Below the pieces are notes generated by a model. The model was not told the origin of the DNA, ran no database searches, and was given only the letters and a program-made list of their open reading frames with translations. This document shows positions 1-7,796 of a DNA stretch of 27,205 bases, one piece after another; the stretch's first letter is position 1, and the number at the start of each line of letters is the position of its first letter. The stretch lies in UHGV virus genome UHGV-0267347; one strand, 5' to 3'. Position numbers and translations under genes: made by a program. This DNA is from a virus.

Positions 1-301
1 AACTCTGCAGATTACTGTCGACATCAGTGCCGCCATGCGATTTAGGGATGATGTGGTCAACGGTCTTCGCCTCACGCACCACACCAGCACGCAGACATAA
101 CTGACACAGGCCTTTGTCACGCTTCAGGACACGCGCGCGGATACTGTCCCACTTCGAACCGTAGCCGCGCTGATGACGGGATTGTCCAGGTTTGTATTGC
201 TTCCAGCCTTCGCTTTTGTGGCTTTCGCAGTAGCCTGAAGGGTCTGTGGTTGTAGAGCGGCAGCTGCGAACACGGCAGGCTTTTGGTGTTCGTGGTGGCA
301 T
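1..301 (-). CDS. HNH endonuclease, N-terminal ~100 codons; 3' end runs off the left edge of the window
   Basis: Own translation of the minus strand from ATG at 301-299 (not in the ORF track because it is truncated by the window edge): MPPRTPKACRVRSCRSTTTDPSGYCESHKSEGWKQYKPGQSRHQRGYGSKWDSIRARVLKRDKGLCQLCLRAGVVREAKTVDHIIPKSHGGTDVDSNLQS. Cys-rich knuckle followed by DH..P...GG....N, typical of HNH nucleases. Purine-rich SD (GAGGGGAG) upstream. Position downstream of the lysis genes fits a terminase-associated HNH. Confidence 0.8.
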   Translation of the reverse strand, partial: MPPRTPKACRVRSCRSTTTDPSGYCESHKSEGWKQYKPGQSRHQRGYGSKWDSIRARVLKRDKGLCQLCLRAGVVREAKTVDHIIPKSHGGTDVDSNLQS

Positions 302-430
302 GATAGGCTCCCCTCGTAAATGAGGTGATTCACAAAATGAAACAAAAAAAGTACTGGTAGTACCAGCATCCTAAATTACAGATTCCATAACATGCTCAAT
401 GCTGCTAATGGCAAGAAAGGATGTTTTTAA

Positions 431-643
431 ATGACAAGCGATAATCTGGACTCCAAGCCCACAATTGAAGATGTTGATTTCAAGCATTTGATCTGCGTCG
501 CAGGAGGAATCATCGAGGATCTAAAAGGCCCATTTATATTCAAGGCTCCAGAAAATATTAGGCGATTACTTAATCATAAGGGAGTGAATGAAATAAGTAA
601 TCTCTCTCAAAAATTTAATGCAGATTCTCCATCTTGCTATTAG
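431..643 (+). CDS. hypothetical small protein (70 aa) in AT-rich moron island
   Basis: ORF track only; AT-rich, opposite strand to the late operon; no motif recognised. Confidence 0.35.
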   Translation: MTSDNLDSKPTIEDVDFKHLICVAGGIIEDLKGPFIFKAPENIRRLLNHKGVNEISNLSQKFNADSPSCY

Positions 644-719
644 AGTTCAGCAGCAGGCACTCAGTGAATGCCTACTGTAACGACTACTCCAATAATAATG
701 GATGCTCTATGGATACATA

Positions 720-1313
720 CTAAAATATGGATGTTAAATAATTGCTAAGTCTTTTTGCATTCTTACAGAATGCCAAAGCATCTTCCTGAGTACATAAGAG
801 CTTTCCTTGGGATATAGGCTTAATAGACTCTCCTGTTTTTTCATAAAGCTTAACAATGTCACTAGAAATTTTGTTTGCAGATTGGACATTTTTCAAGGCA
901 GCGATACCTGAAGCCCGCCCTAAAGATGTCCCGTTGATCTCAATCCCCTTTTTAGATGCAAGCGTTATAGCGGTTAACTCCAATTCGCGCCAAGCTGAAA
1001 GTACAGCAACATTAGGCTGAGTACTAGCAAGACTCTCAAAAATATTGAAATTCTCAATGAGTTGTGTCGGCAGGACAAGATTTGTTCCAGGTAAATTTTT
1101 AATAACCTCTATACTTTTAGATTCTATTTCAAACATTTCTTTTTTAAATTTAATCTCATAGTCACCTAGCTTAACTGTATTAAGACGACCTAAAACCATT
1201 ATTATTTCTTTTTTTAAAGTAAAAAAGACAATCAAACAAGCAAGAACAATAAATAAAACATTGCCTTCTTTAAGAAGCATCTCTATCCAGTAAAAAAAAG
1301 TATAGTCCGTCAT
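720..1313 (-). CDS. hypothetical membrane-anchored protein (197 aa)
   Basis: ORF with N-terminal hydrophobic stretch (NVLFIVLACLIVFFTL) and hydrophilic remainder; strongly AT-rich codon usage; lies directly downstream of the spanins on the same strand. Confidence 0.55.
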   Translation of the reverse strand: MTDYTFFYWIEMLLKEGNVLFIVLACLIVFFTLKKEIIMVLGRLNTVKLGDYEIKFKKEMFEIESKSIEVIKNLPGTNLVLPTQLIENFNIFESLASTQPNVAVLSAWRELELTAITLASKKGIEINGTSLGRASGIAALKNVQSANKISSDIVKLYEKTGESIKPISQGKLLCTQEDALAFCKNAKRLSNYLTSIF

Positions 1314-1507
1314 TTTCAGTTCTCAAATAGAAATAGTTCTCTCAGTATACGTATATTGAACTCTGCTATCACTTAGTTTATACAACGTTATGCTGGCCAC
1401 ACACTCGTAGTTGACGTGCATCTGACTACTCGCTATTTTAGGTATTTGAGGCATCTTCATTAATGCTGAACAGGCACTTCTTGCTGCGGTCTTTCCACTT
1501 TACTGCT

Positions 1508-1765
1508 TCATGGCTCACTCTTCTCTGCTTCAATTTTACGAATATCAGCCTTATCCCTATTACAGGCAGCCAGCACTGACAGCAGGCTCACGTTTAAATC
1601 CAGACTATCTCTGTAAGTCAGCGGATCAGGAATAGCTGGCTGTGGGGTTTCAGCGGTCAGGTTCGCCGGTAGTGGTACCGCCGGAACTGGCACGTAAATT
1701 GTCCGCGTACCGGCGCAGCCGCTCAGTTGCACGAGCAGGAACAAGACGGGAAGCGCAATCATCAT
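1508..1765 (-). CDS. o-spanin (Rz1-like outer-membrane lipoprotein); start inferred at internal Met
   Basis: Signal peptide MMIALPVLFLLVQLSGC with lipobox LSGC, then a Pro-rich mature part (PVPAVPLPANLTAETPQPAIPDP). Starts inside the Rz-like gene in another frame and extends beyond it. Confidence 0.7.
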   Translation of the reverse strand: MMIALPVLFLLVQLSGCAGTRTIYVPVPAVPLPANLTAETPQPAIPDPLTYRDSLDLNVSLLSVLAACNRDKADIRKIEAEKSEP

Positions 1766-2042
1766 TCTCAACAACCACTTTGATATCTTCCTGGGTTCTC
1801 TGTGACTCCAGTGCGATCTGCTGTTTTGCATGCTGGTTAGCCTCCAGAACTGTATTTACGATTTGTATTGATTGCAGGACGTTATTGGTAATGGCAGTTG
1901 CTGATTCAGCATTTCGTACAGCCTCATCAGCACGTTTCTTTTCGTACTGATATTTGCTGTAGTAGTGGTTGGCCGACCAGATGAAAGAACCAATGACAGT
2001 AACGAAGAAACCAGCGATAACCAGCTTATAGCTCAGCTTCAT
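1650..2042 (-). CDS. Rz: i-spanin (Rz-like)
   Basis: N-terminal TM helix (LVIAGFFVTVIGSFIWSANHYY, compare lambda Rz WAVNHY), coiled-coil-like remainder; immediately downstream of the endolysin with a 17-bp overlap. Confidence 0.75.
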   Translation of the reverse strand: MKLSYKLVIAGFFVTVIGSFIWSANHYYSKYQYEKKRADEAVRNAESATAITNNVLQSIQIVNTVLEANQHAKQQIALESQRTQEDIKVVVENDDCASRLVPARATERLRRYADNLRASSGGTTTGEPDR

Positions 2043-2502
2043 TTACCACCCCACCAGCCTCTTTAAACCGGGCAATCAAATCACCGATTTTATGTTCATA
2101 CTGACCGTAACCTGCACCGGGTAACGACGCCCAGATATTGCTGCAACGGTCGATAGCCTGACGAATATCACCGCGATCAATCATCGGTAAAGCGCCACGC
2201 TCTTTAATCTGTTGCAGTGCCACAGCGTCCTGGCTTTTGGGGGAGAAGTTTTTCAGAGCAAGCTGCTTACGGTAGGCATCCCACCAGCGTGAAAGAAGCT
2301 GATAACGTCCGGCGGCTGTTGATTTGAGTTTGGGGTTTAGCGTGATAAGTTTGCGAGGGTGATCAGAGTAATCAGTAAACAGTTCGCCGCCAACAATAAC
2401 ATCATAACCGTGATTACGTGTCGGTTGTCGCCCGTTATCCGTTCCTTCTGACCATGCCACCATATCGAGGAAAGCTTTACGCTGGGAATTTAGTACCTGC
2501 AT
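2026..2502 (-). CDS. R: endolysin, lambda R-type lytic transglycosylase
   Basis: 158 aa, near-identical over its length to lambda R as recalled (NSQRKAFLDMVAWSEGTDNGRQPTRNHGYDVIVGGELFTDYSDHPRK...ALQQIKERGALPMIDRGDIRQAIDRCSNIWASLPGAGYGQ). Confidence 0.95.
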   Translation of the reverse strand: MQVLNSQRKAFLDMVAWSEGTDNGRQPTRNHGYDVIVGGELFTDYSDHPRKLITLNPKLKSTAAGRYQLLSRWWDAYRKQLALKNFSPKSQDAVALQQIKERGALPMIDRGDIRQAIDRCSNIWASLPGAGYGQYEHKIGDLIARFKEAGGVVNEAEL

Positions 2503-2505
2503 AAA

Positions 2506-2832
2506 TTACTCCTTAGAGCCACCAAACTTATTACCGATTACTCTCATTGCAGCCCCACGAATAGCATCAACACCGATCAGCCCCACCCCACCACCAATGG
2601 CAACAGATAGTGATTTAGGCCATCCGACATACTCAAGAGCGGATGCAAAAGTCAGCGTCAGAGCGCCACAGAGTAGAATTTCGAGTGTTTTTCGCTTCCA
2701 GCCGCCACCACCGCCAAAATAGGCAATACGTAAACCAGCCATAACAATCGACATAATCACTGCGCCCAGCGGTGTGTCTCCACGCCACCAGCTCTGGACC
2801 AACTCCAGCCAGGTATTTGGGTTATGAGGCAT
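2506..2832 (-). CDS. holin (lambda S-like class I, three predicted TM helices)
   Basis: 108 aa, three hydrophobic segments, Gly-rich loop (AYFGGGGGW, compare lambda S YLRGRYNGG) and charged C-terminus; sits directly upstream of the endolysin. Confidence 0.8.
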   Translation of the reverse strand: MPHNPNTWLELVQSWWRGDTPLGAVIMSIVMAGLRIAYFGGGGGWKRKTLEILLCGALTLTFASALEYVGWPKSLSVAIGGGVGLIGVDAIRGAAMRVIGNKFGGSKE

Positions 2833-2983
2833 TTGTAGTTATCTCTCACCTCGCCGATACAGGAGGTGCAAATTGAGGGAGTACCACGAACCGCAAACCA
2901 GAAGCGGAAACGTAAAAGAAGCCGAGCCAATGGATAAGTACTAGATAGACCAAGCCCAACGAATACCAAGGCCCAGAAATGAC

Positions 2984-3006
2984 AAAACCCGCTCGACGGC
3001 GGGTTT
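2984..3006 (-). terminator. tR'-like intrinsic terminator hairpin upstream of the holin
   Basis: cccgc-tcgacg-gcggg stem-loop flanked by AAAA on the plus strand and TTT on the other side; on the minus strand this is a hairpin followed by a U-run, about 150 nt before the holin start, as for lambda pR'-tR'-S. Confidence 0.4.
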
Positions 3007-3178
3007 AAGCTGCGTGGCGAAGTAACCACTCTTAACACAGTAATCTAGAAAATGCGGACCGCGTTAGTGATTTTTATCTGTTTTTCCATTATTTTTTTGC
3101 CACACAGCTTAAAACGAAAAATAAAGCAGGCGTTGCCAAACCTCACGGTGACAGTTGGATTAGAATGAGGACATACTT

Positions 3179-4198
3179 TTGGATAAGTTTGATGAGATTC
3201 ATGTAGACATTGAATCTGAGCAGCAAGCCTTCGATTTGCTTGAAAGCTATCTTGATGGTTATGGTTTACCTGACAGTTTAAGTTTCAACGGATGGCCAAA
3301 CCTTACCATCAGATTAACCGGTGAAAAATTCAACAGATCGCTAACACCTTCAGTTATGAAGGGATTTGTTGAAATGCAAGCTCAAATCAACAAATCATAT
3401 GCCCTTGCCAAGTACGGTGTCCCTGACGTCCGCAAACTGACCAAAGAAGAACTTGATGCCCTAGAAATAGAAGTTACGGTAGAACAGGGTTCTTCAATAG
3501 TAGAAATCAATATTGATGGCTTTTTAACCAAACTCACACAGGAACTTGTTGGTAAAATGAACGCAACTGAGATCATGTTTACTGTTCTCGGCGCAGCAGT
3601 CATCTGGGGCGGAGTAACAGTATTTAAACGGTTCTTGGACAACCGCAAAGATATTCGCCTTGCAGAAATTGCTAAGGATGGAGAGAAAGAACATCTCCGG
3701 ACTATGCAGATCATGAGCGAACAAGAAACTAAACGCCTGCGGGTTATTTCAGAAATGATTGCGGAAAAACCACTTCTCGATAACATGGACCGTATGTCGT
3801 ATGACGCTAAAACCCAAATGGTCAAATCCTTTGTGCGTTCAGATAACGCTCAAATTGATGGCGTTACTATTGATTCTGAAATGGCGAAAGAGTTGGTTAC
3901 GAATGCTCGTAGACGTTCATCAGAAATGAGGATTGATGGTATTTACCGAATTGAAGAAGTCAATAATACTGACCCAGAGAGTTTCAAAGTTAAGGTCCGA
4001 CGCGTAGATACCGACCAACGTCTAACCTGCGTAGTTCAGGATGTTTTCCTTGATGAATCCGGAAACAAAGAAGCATTGCAGCGAGCTGAGTGGGAAAGAA
4101 AGCCTGTACATTTGAGCATTAACGCAAAACACGTCGATGGTGACATTAAGTCAGCAGTAATTCTCTATGTTCGAGATGTGGAACAAAAGCCCGAGTAA
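3179..4198 (+). CDS. hypothetical protein (339 aa) with one central TM helix; moron between Q and the lysis cassette
   Basis: Long ORF on the strand opposite to the late operon, TTG start with a GAGGA SD-like sequence 8 nt upstream; central hydrophobic segment IMFTVLGAAVIWGGVTVF; lower GC than flanking phage genes; no motif recognised. Confidence 0.65.
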   Translation: MDKFDEIHVDIESEQQAFDLLESYLDGYGLPDSLSFNGWPNLTIRLTGEKFNRSLTPSVMKGFVEMQAQINKSYALAKYGVPDVRKLTKEELDALEIEVTVEQGSSIVEINIDGFLTKLTQELVGKMNATEIMFTVLGAAVIWGGVTVFKRFLDNRKDIRLAEIAKDGEKEHLRTMQIMSEQETKRLRVISEMIAEKPLLDNMDRMSYDAKTQMVKSFVRSDNAQIDGVTIDSEMAKELVTNARRRSSEMRIDGIYRIEEVNNTDPESFKVKVRRVDTDQRLTCVVQDVFLDESGNKEALQRAEWERKPVHLSINAKHVDGDIKSAVILYVRDVEQKPE

Positions 4199-4212
4199 TC
4201 GGGCTTCAATAA

Positions 4213-4605
4213 TCAATCTTTAACTTCGGGGTCCATCTCTAGACTAATTTCCAACATCGATAGGCAGCCATCAATAAACCCCTCAGCCATCTGTATCTCA
4301 ATGCGTATTAGTTTCTCATCCTTTTTACGAGCCTTGGCGAGCTTTCTTTTAGAGATACCGTATAGATAATGGGCAACAAGAAGCGAATGTTCGTCCGGCC
4401 TTTTTTGCCTTAGACGAGCAAGACAACCTTCAATAATTAATGCATCACTATCTGAACATGCCTGACGTGTTTTGCTTGTATAGGGAAGAAGCCCTTTAAA
4501 CCCAGCAGCTATAGGAGAATAGTCTACTCCTGAACTATCACTCACCGCCCATGCTCCCCAACGCTCCAGAACCATTTGAATATCACGCATCAACTTTCTC
4601 CACAA
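4213..4605 (-). CDS. Q: late-gene antiterminator Q (Phage_antitermQ / QuuD-like); alternative start at 4590
   Basis: MRDIQMVLERWGAWA...IAAGFKGL...CLARL...AEGFIDGCLSML matches the recalled N-terminus and Cys/His pattern of E. coli prophage Q-type antiterminators. Confidence 0.85.
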   Translation of the reverse strand: MWRKLMRDIQMVLERWGAWAVSDSSGVDYSPIAAGFKGLLPYTSKTRQACSDSDALIIEGCLARLRQKRPDEHSLLVAHYLYGISKRKLAKARKKDEKLIRIEIQMAEGFIDGCLSMLEISLEMDPEVKD

Positions 4606-4607
4606 AA

Positions 4608-5603
4608 TCAGGCCAGCACGCCAGTTGCCAGCGCACGATCGATAAAACGAAATATCAGCTCCAGCTGAGAGCCATACTTCTCTTCAAATGCCACGGTATC
4701 CGCATGCAGCTCGTCGTGATGCTTTCTGCACAAAGGCAACACAAAGAGGTCATGCGCTTTTGTACCCATTCCCCCCTGACCGTGGCCTATCAGGTGGTGA
4801 GGATCATCAGCAGGCTTTCCACAACATGCGCACGGCTGTGTCTTAACCCAGCGCGTGTACTTTTCATTAACCCAGCGGCGACGTTTTGGGCGTAACATAA
4901 AAGACTCCGGCGACTCCGGATCCACTTTCAGCGCCAGCACCTTTTTCGCCTTATCCTGGATGATGCTGGTGGCAGGAACCGAAGGCACAAGGTCACTTTC
5001 CCGGGTAACAGACGGCACAACAGGCTTCGGTAATCTCAGTGCCTTACGGGCTGCACTTTCCGGTAAGGCATCCGCCAGATCATTACGAATCAGCCACCAG
5101 CACAGTTCCGGCATTGTCACAACATGACTGTCATCAAAACCGAGATCCCGACGCACAACAGACAACACCCAGCGGGCACAGTTATCCGTTGCCATTGATT
5201 CCAGCCGTTCCGTGAACTGATCGCGCAGCTGGTTATCGCAGTGCCAGCACAGACGGATTGCGCCCGGAGCGTGTCGCATTGTTGTCATGTTCTCGCTGTG
5301 CCAGTCGGAATGAGGCCACTGGCAGCCTTTTTCACGAAGTAACCAGCTTTCAAGACATTCCACGCCACCAGCACGACGGATCACTGCCTCATTGCGGAAC
5401 ACGGCCCGAACGGCAGGATCATCCGCCAGCGGTTGTGATGCCGCCGGAACGGCACCACTGGCGAAAGATGAATAACGTTCCGGCTCAGGCTCCAGCAGGA
5501 CACGCCCCTGCATAAACAGGGGCATCAGCTCTGAACCTGGCCTGAACAATACGATCCCCATACGCGGGGCAATTTCAGGGGTCAGTAGTGCTCTCACGGT
5601 CAC
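4608..5603 (-). CDS. DUF968-family protein (YdfU-like), Cys/His-rich C-terminus
   Basis: 331 aa; C-terminal CACCGKPADDPHHLIGHGQGGMGTKAHD...PLCRKHHDELH zinc-finger-like motif typical of DUF968 proteins of lambdoid nin regions. Confidence 0.8.
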   Translation of the reverse strand: MTVRALLTPEIAPRMGIVLFRPGSELMPLFMQGRVLLEPEPERYSSFASGAVPAASQPLADDPAVRAVFRNEAVIRRAGGVECLESWLLREKGCQWPHSDWHSENMTTMRHAPGAIRLCWHCDNQLRDQFTERLESMATDNCARWVLSVVRRDLGFDDSHVVTMPELCWWLIRNDLADALPESAARKALRLPKPVVPSVTRESDLVPSVPATSIIQDKAKKVLALKVDPESPESFMLRPKRRRWVNEKYTRWVKTQPCACCGKPADDPHHLIGHGQGGMGTKAHDLFVLPLCRKHHDELHADTVAFEEKYGSQLELIFRFIDRALATGVLA

Positions 5604-5604
5604 C

Positions 5605-6414
5605 TCAATGAACGGTATCGAGCAGCTTTAACAGCTCAGGAAATCGGGATTCGAAGAAATGCGGCTGCGTCTCGCGCGGATTTGCGGGACTGGTGATGTT
5701 CTTGCCGAACATGCAGCCTTTCGCCGTCAGCGACCAGAATTTTTTGATGTTGTTAATCGCGGTACGGCTGTATCGTTCGCGCTGCTCGACGATCCCCAGC
5801 TTCACCATCTGGTGATATGCCTGATTAGCCGTCAGGCGGATACCATACTGTTTCAGCAGTGCACTCAGTGACAGTGTCGGGCGACTTGAGCCATCGTGTG
5901 CATCAGCAGGAGCATCAATGGCATAGCGCGGTGCCAGATTCGGTAAGCCAACAGCCTCCTGGAGTTTCTGACAGGCACCAAGCACAGATGAGTTAGACAG
6001 GTTTAACTCCCGACGCATAAAGTCCAGCAGAATCACACCAGCCTGCATCTTGTCAGCAGCCTGTCCGGATAATTTTTCCGGTGCGCTGGTTACCATGTCG
6101 AAAGTACGGATCACCTTCAGATGGAATGACGGGCTGATCCACATTGCATAGGCATACACCAGTTCCTTGCAGACATAAGTTCCCCGTTCATTTCCCCCAT
6201 GAATCACACTCACCGGGTCAACACCCAAATTCTGGGTGTTGGTCAATTCATGAACAAGTTCAACAGTTTGTTGGCTGGAAAGAAACTTTCCTGGCTCCTT
6301 GGTTCTGGCATTTGCACCAGATGCTACTGCTGCGCGATGCAGATCGTTCAGGCTGTAACGCCCATAAGCATCACGACGAACTTCAATACCATCAATGACC
6401 ATCAGATTATTCAT
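5605..6414 (-). CDS. KilA-N domain protein
   Basis: Start chosen at internal ATG 6414 with AAGGAG SD 9 nt upstream; N-terminus MNNLMVIDGIEVRRDAYGRYSLNDLHRAA...GTYVCKELVYAYAMWISPSFHLKVIRTF fits the KilA-N fold signature. Confidence 0.8.
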   Translation of the reverse strand: MNNLMVIDGIEVRRDAYGRYSLNDLHRAAVASGANARTKEPGKFLSSQQTVELVHELTNTQNLGVDPVSVIHGGNERGTYVCKELVYAYAMWISPSFHLKVIRTFDMVTSAPEKLSGQAADKMQAGVILLDFMRRELNLSNSSVLGACQKLQEAVGLPNLAPRYAIDAPADAHDGSSRPTLSLSALLKQYGIRLTANQAYHQMVKLGIVEQRERYSRTAINNIKKFWSLTAKGCMFGKNITSPANPRETQPHFFESRFPELLKLLDTVH

Positions 6415-6433
6415 ACTTCGTTTCTCCTTTTGC

Positions 6434-6823
6434 TCAGGCGGCTGCACCCGCCGTTTTCTCGTACTTACTGATAGTGATCTCGACCTTCCCTTCCGGGATA
6501 ACCGGTCCCCACTCCACCAGCATTCTTTTCACCTGACTGTCGTCTTCCCACACACCCGCGTGGGTCAGGGCGTCAAACAGCGCCTTGTTATAGTTGTCCA
6601 GATCGCGGATCCGGTTATCCGGAGGAAACAACACGATCTCCACTGAAGCAGGTGCCGACGTTGGTTTCGGCAGACGACGTAACTGCTCAACTATTGCTGC
6701 GCACGCCGCGCTCTGGAATTTTCGCCCCGCCGCGCTTATCAGGCTCTTACCAGAAAACGCCCCTTTGTTGGGGTGTCTCCAGTACGTGTTCACGCTGGGC
6801 GGAAAAGGCAGGATCAGCTTCAT
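6434..6823 (-). CDS. rusA: RusA-type Holliday junction resolvase
   Basis: 129 aa; PPSVNTYWRH ... DLDNYNKALFDALTHAGVWEDDSQV matches the RusA signature. Confidence 0.9.
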   Translation of the reverse strand: MKLILPFPPSVNTYWRHPNKGAFSGKSLISAAGRKFQSAACAAIVEQLRRLPKPTSAPASVEIVLFPPDNRIRDLDNYNKALFDALTHAGVWEDDSQVKRMLVEWGPVIPEGKVEITISKYEKTAGAAA

Positions 6824-7146
6824 ACTTTCAGGTCCCTCTCATGTAACCAGTGGGTTGCACGCAGCCTTGCGTTTTCCTCACCGGCAAGCAGTGCGCGGAT
6901 AATCCCAACCGCCTCGCTGTCGTCGTCCTTCACCACGGTATGAAGCGTTATCCCCCGGGCCACGCCACGCTTTATCGTGATGACGCCTTTTTTCTCCAGT
7001 GCGCGAAGATGCTCCACCGCTGCATTCACTGAACGGTATCCCAGCATGGTTGCCACCTCCTGATTAGTTGGCGGGAAGCCACGTTCTTGCTGGTAAGAAA
7101 TCAGCATATCCAGCACCTGCTGCTGGCATTGAGTTAACGTCGTCAT
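6820..7146 (-). CDS. LexA N-terminal DNA-binding-domain protein (no S24 peptidase domain)
   Basis: QQQVLDMLISYQQERGFPPTNQEVATMLGYRSVNAAVEHLRALEKKGVI closely mirrors the LexA winged-HTH (compare LexA [33 protein letters not shown]); the protein ends after about 108 aa, with no Ser-Lys peptidase module. Confidence 0.6.
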   Translation of the reverse strand: MTTLTQCQQQVLDMLISYQQERGFPPTNQEVATMLGYRSVNAAVEHLRALEKKGVITIKRGVARGITLHTVVKDDDSEAVGIIRALLAGEENARLRATHWLHERDLKV

Positions 7147-7796
7147 GCCGCCATCTCCCTGACCAGTTTTTCCGCCTGCTGGCGAACCTGCACCAGAAAC
7201 GCCTCACCACATGCCTCAAGTTCATCGCGCCCGATGTAGCTGATTGCCGGTCCCTTCCAGGTCTTGTCGAAAACAGCAATAGCACCAGCGAAGAAAGCGC
7301 CTGTCGGCACCTGCTTCTCATCCTTCGGGATAAACCAGGCAGGCAGTTCAAAACCAATACGCCCGCGAATAAAAGCAATATGGTCCGCATCTTCCGGCCA
7401 CCACACTTCGCTGGTGGCAGCTTTGATCAGGAAAACATAGCGCCCACCCTTATCACGCATGGCACTGGCATGTTTCATGATGTAACGCATGCCGGTGATG
7501 TATTGCCCCTCATGCTGACTGGCGCGGCTGTATGGGGGATTACCAAAGGCAGCCCCTTTAAGCTCCGCAAGACGTTCTGACCAGTCATGCGCCAGCGCGT
7601 TGTCTTCCGCCGTGTAATACGCAGCACATTTGGCGTTATCACCGTCAGTGAACAGATCCAGAACAAACGGGCCAAACAGGGTGTTAATTCCCCAGAAAAT
7701 GTTGTCCGGCGTGCGCCACTGATCACCCACTTCCTTCAGTTCATGGGCTGGTTTGTTCCGCAGTTCCACCAGCTCCTGGCAATATTTATTACTCAT
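7143..7796 (-). CDS. phage DNA N6-adenine methyltransferase (Dam-like)
   Basis: GNPPY motif (AAFGNPPYSRAS); start placed at ATG 7796, which overlaps the upstream stop in a TAATG arrangement (translational coupling). Confidence 0.85.
   Translation of the reverse strand: MSNKYCQELVELRNKPAHELKEVGDQWRTPDNIFWGINTLFGPFVLDLFTDGDNAKCAAYYTAEDNALAHDWSERLAELKGAAFGNPPYSRASQHEGQYITGMRYIMKHASAMRDKGGRYVFLIKAATSEVWWPEDADHIAFIRGRIGFELPAWFIPKDEKQVPTGAFFAGAIAVFDKTWKGPAISYIGRDELEACGEAFLVQVRQQAEKLVREMAA

Noticed and set aside
340-366. Palindrome tactggtagtaccag flanked by an A-run as a terminator
   Set aside because: Stem would leave a 1-nt loop (effective stem about 4 bp); too weak to call, possibly a protein-binding palindrome instead.
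3382-3825. ORFs 3382..3825 and 3524..3724 (minus strand) inside the 339-aa gene
   Set aside because: Antisense shadow frames with Ser/Arg-rich low-complexity sequence, fully contained in a longer, better-supported ORF.
3179-4198. Shiga-toxin-like cargo at the Q-S position
   Set aside because: Single 339-aa ORF on the opposite strand with a central TM helix; no A/B subunit gene pair and no resemblance to recalled StxA/StxB sequences.
4551-5515. Plus-strand ORFs 4551..4895, 4855..5127 and 5258..5515 over Q and DUF968
   Set aside because: Antisense to well-supported genes; compositionally biased (Arg/Ser/Ala-rich); no start or SD context.
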